A stretch of 64,000 nt of DNA from Nitrospirota bacterium (GTDB lineage: Bacteria; Nitrospirota; Thermodesulfovibrionia; UBA6902), in the NCBI GenBank assembly GCA_016213945.1, contig JACQZF010000029.1, positions 3,981 to 67,980 of the forward strand, written 5' to 3'. Both the position numbers and the translations under genes were made by a program. The stretch's first letter is position 1, and the number at the start of each line of letters is the position of its first letter. Of the stretch, positions 30,221 to 40,097 are shown in pieces. The notes under the pieces were generated by a model, which did not search any database, was not told where the DNA came from, and saw only the letters and a list, made by a program, of their open reading frames with translations.

Positions 30221-31261
30221 TTACCCCGTTTTATACCAGATATTGCACGCCCCTTCAAAAGATACCATGCACGGGCCCTTCGGTGTTTTCGGCGTGCATA
30301 CTTTTTTAAACAGTTTACAGGCAGAGGGATAAGCCTTCCCGAGGATAATCGTCCCGCAAATGCATCCGGGTATTTTTGCTTCTTTCACTTCTTTAAGCTC
30401 AAAGACCTTCCTCGCATCCCTTGAAGAATATTTGTCCCTCAATTCAAGTCCCGAACCGGGGATATATCCGATGCCCCTCCAGTTTACGTTCGCGACTTCA
30501 AGATACTTCTCCATAAGTTTCTGCGCCTGAGTATTGCCTTCCGGTTTCACCACTCCTTTATACACATTTCCTGTTTGTGCTTTTCCGCTCTTCAACTGCC
30601 GGAGTATTTCCACAATGCCAAGCAAAAGGTTGTCCGCCTCAAAGCCGGCTACAACGGTCGGGATGCCGTATTTTTCGGAAAACACATTCCACGCATTAGA
30701 GCCAACTATTGCAGAGACATGTCCGGGAGCGATGAACCCGTCAATGCCGATCTCAGCGTCTTTGATGAGTATCTCCATTATCGTGGGCGTCAGCCTGTGC
30801 GAACTCAGGATGAACAAATTATCGGGCACTCCCATTTCCAGAATACCCGCAGTCGGGGCTGTAGTTGTCTCAAAGCCGATAGAGAAGAACACTATCTTCT
30901 TGCCGGGATTTGATTTCGCAATGTTCAATGCCTCAAAAGGAGAGGTGATCATCCTGAAGTTTTTCCCTTCAGCCCGGATGGAGCCTTTTTGCGTCGGCAC
31001 CCTCAGCATATCGCCGTAAGTAACCAGAATGACGTCGTCTATCTTTGAAAGATTTATCGCATTGATGATATCGCTCTCAGGACAAACGCACACAGGACAG
31101 CCGGGCCCGGGGATGATCTCAAGATTTTCAGGCATCAAACTCCTCATCCCCGAAAATGCGATAGTATGCTCATGCGACCCGCAGACATTCATAATGCGGA
31201 TTTTCTTGTCATGAGGAACGAGTGAGTGAATGAGCTTGATTATGTTATTTGTCTTGTCCAT
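30221..31261 (-). CDS. hypD: Hydrogenase maturation protein HypD
   Basis: VCGSHE, GPGCPVCVCP, GFETT, PGHVS, C-terminal Fe-S cysteines. Confidence 0.96.
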   Translation of the reverse strand: MDKTNNIIKLIHSLVPHDKKIRIMNVCGSHEHTIAFSGMRSLMPENLEIIPGPGCPVCVCPESDIINAINLSKIDDVILVTYGDMLRVPTQKGSIRAEGKNFRMITSPFEALNIAKSNPGKKIVFFSIGFETTTAPTAGILEMGVPDNLFILSSHRLTPTIMEILIKDAEIGIDGFIAPGHVSAIVGSNAWNVFSEKYGIPTVVAGFEADNLLLGIVEILRQLKSGKAQTGNVYKGVVKPEGNTQAQKLMEKYLEVANVNWRGIGYIPGSGLELRDKYSSRDARKVFELKEVKEAKIPGCICGTIILGKAYPSACKLFKKVCTPKTPKGPCMVSFEGACNIWYKTG

Positions 31262-31306
31262 GGTTTTAGCTATTAGCTTATTGCTGAAAGCTAATAGCTG
31301 CCTTCC

Positions 31307-32299
31307 TCAGCATATCCTCGGCAGCATATCTTCTTCAAGCATATCCAGCAGGCGTTCGCCGCCGATCTTTGTTCTCAGCCTCACTCCCTTAAATTTAGAT
31401 GTAACGTGTCCGATGACTGATGCGTTTTGCCCTAATGGATGTTTCTTTAGAATGGTTAGAATTTTATTCGCACTTTCATGCGACGCGATAATGATCGCCT
31501 TGCCTTCATTTGCAAGATAGAGCGGGTCGTAGCCAAGCATGTCGGAAATAAAACGGACATCCTCTCTCACGGGCACGTTCTCTTCAAAGATCTCCACTCC
31601 GAGTCCGGTTACGTCGGAGACTTCAGCAAGCACTGTTGCAACCCCGCCCCTTGTCGGGTCTCTCATCCACTTTAGTCCGTCTATCTCAAAAAGAGGCTGA
31701 AGCAGGTCATTCAACGGAGCGCAATCACTTGCGAGATTCGCAGTTATGGTGAATTCATCCCGCACCAGCGCAATGGCCGTCCCGTGGTCTCCGATCGTGC
31801 CTGTTATCAGCACCATGTCTCCCACTGATACATTATCCAGAGGCAGGGGCTTAACGATCTCGCCGATGCCTGTTGTATTAATGTACATGCCGTCGCATTT
31901 GTCTTTCTCGACAACCTTGGTATCTCCGGTAACTATGTGAACGCCGGATTGTTTAGCGGATTCCGCAATGCCTTTAAGAATTTCCTCAAGATGCTCTATG
32001 GGGAACCCTTCTTCCAGTATGAAGCCCACAGAAAGATATCTGGGGACCGCGCCGCTTACGGCAAGGTCATTGACTGTGCCGCAGACAGCAAGCTTGCCTA
32101 TATTGCCTCCGGGGAAAAACAGCGGCCGGACAACATATGAATCCGTGGTCATAGCGGCATGATGATGTCTAAGGTTGATATACGCGGCGTCTTCAAGCGG
32201 CTTCAATTCTTCCGAACCCAGATATTTCAGAAATAGTTTTTGTATCAGGTCCCGCGTAAGCCTGCCGCCGCTGCCGTGGCCGATTTCAATTTTTTTCAT
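31307..32299 (-). CDS. hypE: Hydrogenase maturation protein HypE
   Basis: HGSGG, TTDSY, GTVNDL, MRDPTRGG, C-terminal PRIC. Confidence 0.97.
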   Translation of the reverse strand: MKKIEIGHGSGGRLTRDLIQKLFLKYLGSEELKPLEDAAYINLRHHHAAMTTDSYVVRPLFFPGGNIGKLAVCGTVNDLAVSGAVPRYLSVGFILEEGFPIEHLEEILKGIAESAKQSGVHIVTGDTKVVEKDKCDGMYINTTGIGEIVKPLPLDNVSVGDMVLITGTIGDHGTAIALVRDEFTITANLASDCAPLNDLLQPLFEIDGLKWMRDPTRGGVATVLAEVSDVTGLGVEIFEENVPVREDVRFISDMLGYDPLYLANEGKAIIIASHESANKILTILKKHPLGQNASVIGHVTSKFKGVRLRTKIGGERLLDMLEEDMLPRIC

Positions 32300-32310
32300 A
32301 CTGAATATTT

Positions 32311-32386
32311 AGCCACTAATTTACACGAATGTTCACGAATTGAAAGACAATATTTCATTAGTGAAAATTCGTGCTTATTCGTGGCT
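32311..32386. repeat. CACGAAT/ATTCGTG tandem-palindromic repeat
   Basis: agccactaatttacacgaatgttcacgaat...attagtgaaaattcgtgcttattcgtggct; supplies the hypB stop codon. Confidence 0.8.
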
Positions 32387-33121
32387 GATTAAATGTTCCT
32401 TTAAAAATTTAATCCAATCATCCATACCTTCTCCGGTTTTTGATGACAATTCAATAGTTGCCAGAGAAGGGTTCAGGGACAGCGCGTCTTTTTTGATCTT
32501 CTGCATATCAAAATCAAAATATTGCACGAGATCGGTCTTTGAGATGATAAGCAGATGTGCGGTCTTGATGGCCTTCGGGTATTTTAAAGGCTTGTCATGC
32601 CCTTCGGGAACTGATATGAGCACAACCCTTAAATGCTCGCCGAGGTCAAAGAATGAAGGGCACACAAGATTGCCCACGTTTTCTATGAAGAGGACATCAA
32701 GCCTCTTGCCGTTTAAACTATGCTCCAGTGAATGGAACCCTTTGTGAACAAGAATGGAATCCAGATGACACGCGCCTCCGGTTGTAAGCTGTACGGCGGG
32801 GACGCCTTTTTTCCTGATCCTCTCGGCATCGAGGTCTGTCTCGATGTCGCCTTCGAGCACGCCGATATTGATCTCGCCTTTCAGCGCGTCAATGGTCTTT
32901 TCAAGCAGCGTGGTCTTGCCGGAGCCGGGGGAGCTTATGATGTTAATTGCGAAGATCCCGTCTTCGTCAAAGTGCCTTCTGTTTCCAGCGGCAGCATCTT
33001 CGTTTGCTTTGAGAAGGCTCTGATTCACGTCTATAACTTTAACCTCTTTTTGTCCCCCATTTTCAAGGGGGGAAACAGGGGGGTGTTGATGCTCATGACC
33101 GCATCCGCACACGTCACACAT
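32375..33121 (-). CDS. hypB: Hydrogenase nickel-incorporation GTPase HypB
   Basis: N-terminal CxxCGC, SSPGSGKTT, ACHL, ENVGNLVCP, DKPLKYP. Confidence 0.97.
   Translation of the reverse strand: MCDVCGCGHEHQHPPVSPLENGGQKEVKVIDVNQSLLKANEDAAAGNRRHFDEDGIFAINIISSPGSGKTTLLEKTIDALKGEINIGVLEGDIETDLDAERIRKKGVPAVQLTTGGACHLDSILVHKGFHSLEHSLNGKRLDVLFIENVGNLVCPSFFDLGEHLRVVLISVPEGHDKPLKYPKAIKTAHLLIISKTDLVQYFDFDMQKIKKDALSLNPSLATIELSSKTGEGMDDWIKFLKEHLISHE
33053..33085. repeat. Repeat family B half copy inside hypB (opposite orientation)
   Basis: Minus strand cacccccctgtttccccccttgaaaatggggga resembles plus strand aatccccctgtatccccctttttcaaaggggga at 8402; encodes HPPVSPLENGG. Confidence 0.65.
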
Positions 33122-33482
33122 GGGATTCCTCCTCGGTCTCTATTTCCACGTTTTCAATATGCATCTCTTCTCCTGACAAAAGTTTCAGGCTGTATGATTC
33201 ACAAAACGGGCATGTTTGAAAGGAAAGATTGTCTGTCTCAAAAGTTTTCTTGCAAGTATTGCATTCATAAACCAAAGGGACTTCTTCAATGGAAATTGCG
33301 GCGGAAGACATGAGTGGATGCTCAAGCTTTACGGCGTCAAAGGCGAATATCAGCGAATCAGCAACAATGCCGGACATCTTCCCGATCTTTAATTTCACGC
33401 CAGTGACCTTCGTTGCATTATTTTCGAGTGCTATCCTCGTAAGCTCCTTAACCATCCCGATGGCTATTGATACTTCGTGCAC
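33114..33482 (-). CDS. hypA: Hydrogenase maturation nickel metallochaperone HypA
   Basis: GTG start giving MHEVSIA after GAGGAGG; CxxC...CPxC; GEEM. Confidence 0.95.
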   Translation of the reverse strand: MHEVSIAIGMVKELTRIALENNATKVTGVKLKIGKMSGIVADSLIFAFDAVKLEHPLMSSAAISIEEVPLVYECNTCKKTFETDNLSFQTCPFCESYSLKLLSGEEMHIENVEIETEEESHV

Positions 33483-33720
33483 CTTCGTCCTCCTCATCCA
33501 TGACGCGGAGGACTTCATCCAGCGCCTCCCATATTTCGTCAGCAAGCTGTTTGTCCACCTTTTCTATGGCAAACCCGACATGCACAATGACATGGTCGCC
33601 GATCCTGATCTGGTCCTCCGGTAAAAGCTGAAGCCCTATTTCCCTTTTCACGCCTTTGGCTTCCGCTACTCCTGAAGGATAATGAATTTCAACAATCTGC
33701 ATCGGGACACCGACACACAT
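33448..33720 (-). CDS. hypC: Hydrogenase assembly chaperone HypC
   Basis: MCVGVP, GDHVIVHVGFAI. Confidence 0.96.
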   Translation of the reverse strand: MCVGVPMQIVEIHYPSGVAEAKGVKREIGLQLLPEDQIRIGDHVIVHVGFAIEKVDKQLADEIWEALDEVLRVMDEEDEGARSINSHRDG

Positions 33721-33762
33721 AACGCCTCCGTTTGTATCAGTTTACCACACCGTTGTTACAAA

Positions 33763-33839
33763 GTAACGGGTAACGCGTGACGAGTAACGCGTGAAAAATC
33801 TCATCCGGTTCCCGTCACTCGTTACTCGTCACTTATCAC
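33763..33839. repeat. GTAACGC/GTGACGA tandem-palindromic repeat
   Basis: gtaacgggtaacgcgtgacgagtaacgcgtga...gtcactcgttactcgtcacttatcac. Confidence 0.8.
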
Positions 33840-34117
33840 TTAGCGTAACTATCTCAGCCTCTTTGGTATGCGTATCGAATATCATGACCGTTGCTGAATT
33901 ACCGAAGCCGTGGGCTGTTCCGGGATTGAGAGCCAAGGTGTTCCCCGTCTTTTCGTATTCACATTTATGCGTGTGCCCGTAGATGACAACATCATATTTG
34001 CCGCATTGGATCAAGGCGTCTTTCATCTGTAACTCCGTCCCGTGGTAACAGGCAAACTTCAGATTTTTTAATGTTCTCAATATGGTCATGCGAATCCGAG
34101 ATGATGCCGATTTTCAT
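33829..34117 (-). pseudogene. YfcE/MJ0936 metallophosphoesterase with internal deletion
   Basis: ATG at 34117 gives MKIGIISDSHDHIENIKKS, joined out of frame to LKFACYHGT..YGHTH..LNPG; the GD and GNND motifs are missing. Confidence 0.8.
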
Positions 34118-34127
34118 TTTGTCTCCG

Positions 34128-34724
34128 TTACTCGAACATCAACGCCTTTTTGACTTTCTTCATGTCAGCCTTCCCGTTCAGCATCTCAAGAAGCTTGAAT
34201 GCAACATCAATTGAGGTGTCGGGTCCCCTGTTGGTGATCACCCTGCCGGAGACGACGATCCTTTTATTAACCGGAATTGCTCCGCAGTCGCGGAGGATTT
34301 GCAGGTTGTCATGCCGCTTGCTCGCGGTGTAAGTCGTGGCCTTCCTGCCTTTGAGAATTCCGGATTTCGCGGCGGGGAGGGCTCCTACACACATACAAAC
34401 AATAATGCCGCCGCTTGAGTAAACCTTCTTTATCAATGAAAGCACTTCCTCTTTGAATACCTCGGTCCATCCGCTGTCATTGAATCCGCCCGGGATAACA
34501 AGCGCGCTATATTCCTTCGCATTTACATCCTTAAGCAGCATGTGGGTTTTAATTATGAGATTGTGTTTGGATGGGACGGTCCGTTTAAAACCGGATATAA
34601 CCACATCGACAGGCGTTACTTCCTTTAACACCCTCGTCCAGCCGAGGATATCCGTAAAGGCCGCAACCTCGATGTCTTCAAATCCCCGTGGAAGAAAGAG
34701 AAGGACCTTCTTGTTGATTCCCAT
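34128..34724 (-). CDS. DJ-1/PfpI family protein
   Basis: GFEDIE, ALVIPGGF, MCVGA nucleophile elbow, ITNRGP. Confidence 0.92.
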   Translation of the reverse strand: MGINKKVLLFLPRGFEDIEVAAFTDILGWTRVLKEVTPVDVVISGFKRTVPSKHNLIIKTHMLLKDVNAKEYSALVIPGGFNDSGWTEVFKEEVLSLIKKVYSSGGIIVCMCVGALPAAKSGILKGRKATTYTASKRHDNLQILRDCGAIPVNKRIVVSGRVITNRGPDTSIDVAFKLLEMLNGKADMKKVKKALMFE

Positions 34725-34758
34725 AGTTGTCCTGATTATGTCGCTATTATGTCTACAG

Positions 34759-36132
34759 TTAATTTTTTTGTTTTTTTGATAGCTTTAATTTTTTATCCAG
34801 GCTACTAACAGGAACATAATAAAATGTTCGTCCCTTCTTAAATTTTTCCAGTAACCCTTTTTTATCAAGCCGGAGAAGATCTGCCCGTGCTGTTTCGTAT
34901 GTAATTGCACAGGTATTCATATGAGATTCGATTGTATACATTACATCTGCGTGTGTTAATGCATGATATAGAAGCGCGGATTGCCTGTCATTTAACCCTG
35001 GGTAGCGGATTAAAGAAGTTGTCACTTCTTTAATCTCTGTTGTTTTCTTAGCTAAATACTTCCTTAATTCTTCGATAGCTAAACGTATTGCACGAAGATG
35101 AAAAGATAAGAAATATGTAATATCCTGTTCATCTTTTTCAGAATAAAGAAAAGCCCTGTAATATTGAGAAGGGGCTTTTTTAATAACTCTTGATATTGAG
35201 AGATATTCTGTTAACCAATATCCACTTTTCAACATATACCAATAGAACAATGCTCTGGCAGTTCTTCCATTTCCGTCCACAAATGGATGGTCATAAGCTA
35301 ACCAAAAGTGTAAAATTATAGCCCTTACTACAGGATGAGTAAATTCATTCTCATTGTTCTCGTTCGCAAACTGGCAGAGAAGTTTTATCCTTTCCGGCAG
35401 TTCATGCGCTGGCGGAGGAGTATGTAACAATTCACCACCGGGATTTACTACCTCTATAGGCTCATCTTCTTTTCTAAATCTCCCCGATGTGTTTGGGTCA
35501 TCCAGCGTATTTTGTGTCAGAGATGCCTGTAGTGCTTTCAGGACATCAGGCGACAATGGTTCAGCTATAATATTCTTGATATTTTTTATTGTGACATAGT
35601 TGTTATAAATCATTTGTTCTGCATGGTTCGTGGGTTTTCTTCCAAATCTCAACATTTCCTTGGCTACTTTTCTTGTCGTAGCCGCACCTTCCAATTGGCT
35701 TGAGGCAATAGCTTCTTCCATAAGAGAACTTATCAAAAAGCGTTCTTTTTCTTTTGCATGAACATGAGGACTATCTACTAAAATTTCTCCAGCAGCATGT
35801 TGATCCAGGTAGTGTAATTCTTTAAATAATGAATCAGGTAGCCAATAACCAAATTCTTTGCTTTGAGTATCCGTTAAGGGAATTTTCTTCTTATGACTAT
35901 TGCGTGTTGCCCGTAAAAGAGACCATGCAACCTCCATAGAGGTTAAATTTAAATTGTAAATATGTTTAAATTTATCCCAATATATATATCCTCTATTGCA
36001 TTTATTAATAAATGCAATAAAATCCTGGTTAGATGAAATATTAATAAATTCTTCGACGTTTTCTTTCTTTAATACCGCCTTCCAATCAGGCGGACTCTCT
36101 ATCATTTTCATATAAGCCTCTCTACTTTCCAA
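34759..36132 (-). CDS. Fic family protein with C-terminal winged HTH
   Basis: HPFVDGNGRTAR Fic motif, SSQLEG, C-terminal TARADLLRL..KGLL; alternative ATG at 36111. Confidence 0.93.
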   Translation of the reverse strand: MESREAYMKMIESPPDWKAVLKKENVEEFINISSNQDFIAFINKCNRGYIYWDKFKHIYNLNLTSMEVAWSLLRATRNSHKKKIPLTDTQSKEFGYWLPDSLFKELHYLDQHAAGEILVDSPHVHAKEKERFLISSLMEEAIASSQLEGAATTRKVAKEMLRFGRKPTNHAEQMIYNNYVTIKNIKNIIAEPLSPDVLKALQASLTQNTLDDPNTSGRFRKEDEPIEVVNPGGELLHTPPPAHELPERIKLLCQFANENNENEFTHPVVRAIILHFWLAYDHPFVDGNGRTARALFYWYMLKSGYWLTEYLSISRVIKKAPSQYYRAFLYSEKDEQDITYFLSFHLRAIRLAIEELRKYLAKKTTEIKEVTTSLIRYPGLNDRQSALLYHALTHADVMYTIESHMNTCAITYETARADLLRLDKKGLLEKFKKGRTFYYVPVSSLDKKLKLSKKQKN

Positions 36133-36134
36133 GC

Positions 36135-36227
36135 AAATACTAATTCTGTATAAATTAGTATATATTAGTAGTTAACAGGCGTCAAGCTAAATACTAATTG
36201 GGTATAGATTAGTATTTATTAGTATTT
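36135..36227 (-). promoter_or_regulatory. fic promoter with two palindromic operators
   Basis: TTGACG (36185-36180), 17 bp, TATACT (36162-36157); AAATACTAAT-N9-ATTAGTAT at 36135-36163 and 36189-36217, each followed by an extra ATTAGTA. Confidence 0.75.
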
Positions 36228-36298
36228 ACAGGGGATTATATTTTGTTATTAAGAAGTTATAATTGTTAAGAGAAACCAGTAGCATGTCAGGGACTATT

Positions 36299-37585
36299 TC
36301 AAAACTTATAGATCACCATCCCGGTCAAAAGCTTCGGGTAGAAATAAGTCGACTTCGGCGGCATTCTTTCACCCGCGATAGCGACTTCCTTGACGTCATG
36401 AATTCTTGTTGGATTCAGAAAAAAAACCGCCTCGAACGAACCCTTCCTGGCCCTTTCCAGCGCGACAGCAGCGTCCATTTCATATTCATAATGCTCTATC
36501 TTTAACAGCTTCTCAAATACCAGCTTGTGAAGCACCGTCACATCAAGATTTTTCAAACACTCCGGCATGTCCAATTCGATTTTTGAACCGCTTGTCGAAA
36601 GAGTGTAATAGTTATTTGTGTTGGTAAGGAACATCCCGAAGGAATGCGCCTTATTTCGCATGGCCTCAAACATCTGCTGACGCGCCTGCTGCTCCGGTAC
36701 GCCGGGCGCGCTCATTTTCTGTATGTCGAAATATTTTTTCAGGGTCTCTTTTATGTTGATGTTTGAATCCACCTCAACGATCCTGTGTGTTGGCAGGAGG
36801 GTCAGGCCGTCGTCTTCTATGTTGGCAAGAAACATCAGGGTATAATTATACGGTTCCTCTCCAGTCTGAATGAGCCCTTTTTCTTCCATCTCTTTCTTGA
36901 ACTTGAGAGATGTCTCATAACGGTGATGCCCGTCGGCGATGAAAATGTCCTTGTCAGCCATCTCTTTTTTGATCGTATCGATTGCGACATTGTCATTTAT
37001 GCGCCATAGCCTGTGAATGAAACCGTCTCCGTTCTTTGCCTCTATAAAAGGTTTCTCCGCGGAAATGTTTTCAAGAATGGAAGAAGTCCTCTTCTCCTTA
37101 CTGCTGTAAAGTGAAAAAATCGGGCTTGTGTGCGCCTGGCAATATTTAAGAATATTGAGCCTGTCGGATTTCGGCTTTGAATAAGTCATCTCATGCGGAT
37201 GGATCCTGCCCGTTCCAAGCTCTTCAATCCTTACAGCGCCGAGAAAGCCCCGTGCCTTTAAAATCTCCCCTTCCCCTCCTTTGGGTGAGGGGAGGTTATA
37301 ACTAATTTCATAACAATAAAATGCCGGCTCCGCGTCCCGGTTTAACACTCCCTCATCCAGCCAGTCAGAAATAAAATTTGCCGCCCTTGTGTAACGGTTT
37401 TCATTTTCATTGTCATCATCGCTGTCCTTGCCGAAATCAATGCGGATGATATTGTGTGGGCTTTTTCTATAAAGCGTTTCCTTGAATTCAGGCGTAACAA
37501 TATCATACGGCGGCGCCATCGTTACATTGGCGTCCACCTTCTGCGGATTATACAAAACACCTTTAAACGGAATTACCTCTGCCAT
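36299..37585 (-). CDS. DUF1015 family protein
   Basis: PFKG..Y, APPYDIV, IHPHE.T, IADGHHRYET, MPPKSTYFYPKL. Confidence 0.93.
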   Translation of the reverse strand: MAEVIPFKGVLYNPQKVDANVTMAPPYDIVTPEFKETLYRKSPHNIIRIDFGKDSDDDNENENRYTRAANFISDWLDEGVLNRDAEPAFYCYEISYNLPSPKGGEGEILKARGFLGAVRIEELGTGRIHPHEMTYSKPKSDRLNILKYCQAHTSPIFSLYSSKEKRTSSILENISAEKPFIEAKNGDGFIHRLWRINDNVAIDTIKKEMADKDIFIADGHHRYETSLKFKKEMEEKGLIQTGEEPYNYTLMFLANIEDDGLTLLPTHRIVEVDSNINIKETLKKYFDIQKMSAPGVPEQQARQQMFEAMRNKAHSFGMFLTNTNNYYTLSTSGSKIELDMPECLKNLDVTVLHKLVFEKLLKIEHYEYEMDAAVALERARKGSFEAVFFLNPTRIHDVKEVAIAGERMPPKSTYFYPKLLTGMVIYKF

Positions 37586-37611
37586 AATTTTTTTATTCAA
37601 TGGTAAATTTT

Positions 37612-37689
37612 ATCCGCAGATTTCGCAGATTGCACAGATTAAAGAAAAATCTTTTAAATAATCTGTGGGAATCTGAGTAATCTGTGGAT
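37612..37689. repeat. CGCAGAT/ATCTGTG tandem-palindromic repeat
   Basis: atccgcagatttcgcagattgcacagatt...aatctgtgggaatctgagtaatctgtggat. Confidence 0.8.
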
Positions 37690-37738
37690 TATTTTTTCTT
37701 CTTCGTGCCTCTGTGGTAATTTATCCATCTAACATATA

Positions 37739-38272
37739 CTAATCTCCCTCAAACTCCGTGAGATAGTAATATTTGTATCCTTTTTCTTTTAATTTTTTCG
37801 CTCCGCCGACATCCGGGAGATTGACGATAAAAGCCATTTCAACTACAACTCCTCCGAGCTTTTCGATCAGCGCTGCCGCAGCCAATGCAGTGCCTCCTGT
37901 TGCGAGGAGATCGTCAACAATAAGGACTTTCGCCCCTTTGACCATCGCATCCTTATGAATTTCAATCGTATCAGTCCCGTATTCTAATTGATACTCGTGC
38001 CTTATAACCTCAGCGGGCAGCTTGCCGACTTTCCTGACAGGCACGAAACCTTTTCCAAGGGTGTAAGACAATGCGCCGCCGATAATAAAACCCCTTGCTT
38101 CAATGCCGACGATAAGATCGAAATTAATGTCGCCTTTTATGTATCTCTGTGTGAAGTTGTCAATCACAAGCCTGAAACCCACCGGGTCTTTGATAAGGGT
38201 AGTGATGTCCCTGAACATAATCCCCTTCTTGGGGTGATCGGGAATGGTCCTTATTTTTGATTTGATCGGCAT
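37739..38272 (-). CDS. apt: Adenine phosphoribosyltransferase
   Basis: GIMFRDIT, GIEARGF, LEYG, IVDDLLATGGT; start at MPIKS after GGAG. Confidence 0.97.
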   Translation of the reverse strand: MPIKSKIRTIPDHPKKGIMFRDITTLIKDPVGFRLVIDNFTQRYIKGDINFDLIVGIEARGFIIGGALSYTLGKGFVPVRKVGKLPAEVIRHEYQLEYGTDTIEIHKDAMVKGAKVLIVDDLLATGGTALAAAALIEKLGGVVVEMAFIVNLPDVGGAKKLKEKGYKYYYLTEFEGD

Positions 38273-38296
38273 ATCGTTCTCCTTTATAAATTGTTT

Positions 38297-38456
38297 AGTC
38301 ACGAATCAACACGAATTGTCACGAATTAAAATTCATGCTCCTGAATCCTGACCGTCATTCTGGCTTGTCCAGAATCTTTTAAAAGCAGGATTCCCGACAA
38401 GCGGGAATGACAGACACTTTATAAATATTAGTGTAAATTCGTGTTCACTCGTGGCT
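38297..38456. repeat. CACGAAT tandem-palindromic repeat with a nested family A copy (38354-38412)
   Basis: agtcacgaatcaacacgaattgtcacgaat...[gtcattctggcttgtccagaatc...gattcccgacaagcgggaatgac]...attagtgtaaattcgtgttcactcgtggct. Confidence 0.85.
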
Positions 38457-38471
38457 GAAAGATTATTCATA

Positions 38472-39233
38472 TTAAATGCAACCATCATCATATTCTTTTA
38501 TCTTAGGTATCACATCCAGGAACAATTTGATGACATTGCTGGCATTTTTTTTCATTGTATCAAGGATCATCTCCCAGGTTACAGGCGCCTCTTCCTCGTG
38601 CCAGCAGTCATAATCCGTTGACATCGCTATCGCGGCGTAGTGCATTTTCTTCTCCCTGGCAAGAACAACTTCGGGGACCGTGCTCATGTTGATCACATCT
38701 GCGTTCCAGCTTCTGAACATGTGGCTTTCAGCCTTTGTGGAGAAGCGGGGGCCTTCAATTGTGATAACGGTCTTGTTTTTATGAAAAGGCAATCCCATAT
38801 GATTTGCCGACAGTGAAAGCAGATCAATAAGATTCTGACAGAACGGCTCAGCCATCGGTGTATGCACGACAACGTCCTCGTCAAAAAATGTAGTCTCTCT
38901 CCTCCTCGTGTGGTCAATGAACTGGCTGGGGAATACAAGATGTCCCGGCGCTATGTCCTGCCGCAGTGAACCTACAGCGGTCGAGGCAAGGATGTGCGTG
39001 CAGCCCTGTTCTTTCAAGGCATAAATGTTGGCCCTGAAATTTACCTTGCTCGGATAGATCGAGTGGTTCTTGCCGTGGCGGGCGATGATAACAACGTCCA
39101 CCCCTTCAATTGAGCCGCACGTAAGTACCGACGTAGGTGAGCCGTACGGCGTTTCAACTTCAATCTCCCTTGCGTTTTTGAGGATATTGGGGTCATCAAG
39201 TCCCGACCCGCCGATAATTCCAACCTTAATCAT
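38472..39233 (-). CDS. mtnP: S-methyl-5'-thioadenosine phosphorylase
   Basis: GIIGGSG, TPYG, ARHG..H, EGPRFST.AES, NMST.PE, TDYDCW. Confidence 0.95.
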   Translation of the reverse strand: MIKVGIIGGSGLDDPNILKNAREIEVETPYGSPTSVLTCGSIEGVDVVIIARHGKNHSIYPSKVNFRANIYALKEQGCTHILASTAVGSLRQDIAPGHLVFPSQFIDHTRRRETTFFDEDVVVHTPMAEPFCQNLIDLLSLSANHMGLPFHKNKTVITIEGPRFSTKAESHMFRSWNADVINMSTVPEVVLAREKKMHYAAIAMSTDYDCWHEEEAPVTWEMILDTMKKNASNVIKLFLDVIPKIKEYDDGCI

Positions 39234-39457
39234 GATTGCTCCTTGAATTTTATTGATATGTCGATTGAAAAAGACTGCCTATGATTATAGACGATTCAAT
39301 ATTTACAACTCAACTTGTTTAATTTTTCTCCATGATCGTGAATGGGGGGGCCGCCAGCATTTTTTCATATCGGTTTTTTCTTTGTCGGAAAGTTTCGAGC
39401 CTTGTCTGAGTTTGTTGCTGATTTCAAAGGCGAAGGTTATCCAGGATACGCTAAATT

Positions 39458-40091
39458 TTATTTCGACGGCGGCCAGAGGTTTTCTCTCAGAAGCCTCTTG
39501 TCAATAACTTGCTCGGATACTTCAAAATACCGTGCGATTGCATGCGCAATATATTCCCGCGCTGATTCTCCGGATGAATCCCATGTATTAAAGCCTGAAC
39601 TTTCCAACAGTAAGACAGCTTCATTTAGCTTCTCAACGAGTTTCTCTCTTGGCACAAGCAGCCGTCCTGCAAATTCGTAGGCATGTTGTTCGATCCACGT
39701 GTACTGATCATCAGGGATTCTGTCAAAGAAATCTATCCATTCTTCAAGCGAAGCATATTGGATTTTTGAGAATACATCGGAATGAAGAACGTAATGCCCG
39801 ATCTCATGAGCAATTGAAAATCTTAGCCTGTTCTGTGCCCGGTCACTCAGAAAGTCGTTCTGGTCTACCACTATAGTTTTTAAATTACCAAGCAGGAGAG
39901 CATCCACGTCTCCGGCTTCCCGCAAATTGAAGATTGTGCGGATTTCTATATCAAGACCGAATTCCAGAATGTCGAAGATGTCTATCGGGGATAGTATCTT
40001 GGGGCCAGTATCGCATACGGAGATCATCCGCTGCTTTTCTTATATCTTCAATTTTTATAAACGGGGCTTTAAAGTTTTTGGGATCTAACAC
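39458..40091 (-). pseudogene. ImmA/IrrE (peptidase M78) metallopeptidase with a +1 frameshift
   Basis: RFSIAHEIGH and EQHAYEFAGRLLVP; the N-terminus from GTG 40091 (VLDPKNFKAPFIKIEDIRKAADDLRMRYWPQDTIP) joins IDIFDILEF only if one base of the G4 run at 39987-39990 is removed. Confidence 0.8.
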
Positions 40092-40097
40092 GGCATA

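Noticed and set aside
37739-39233. apt and mtnP as part of the NAD-related defence system
   Set aside because: They are an ordinary MTA/adenine salvage pair with host-like composition, separated from the island by a spacer; adjacency alone is not evidence.
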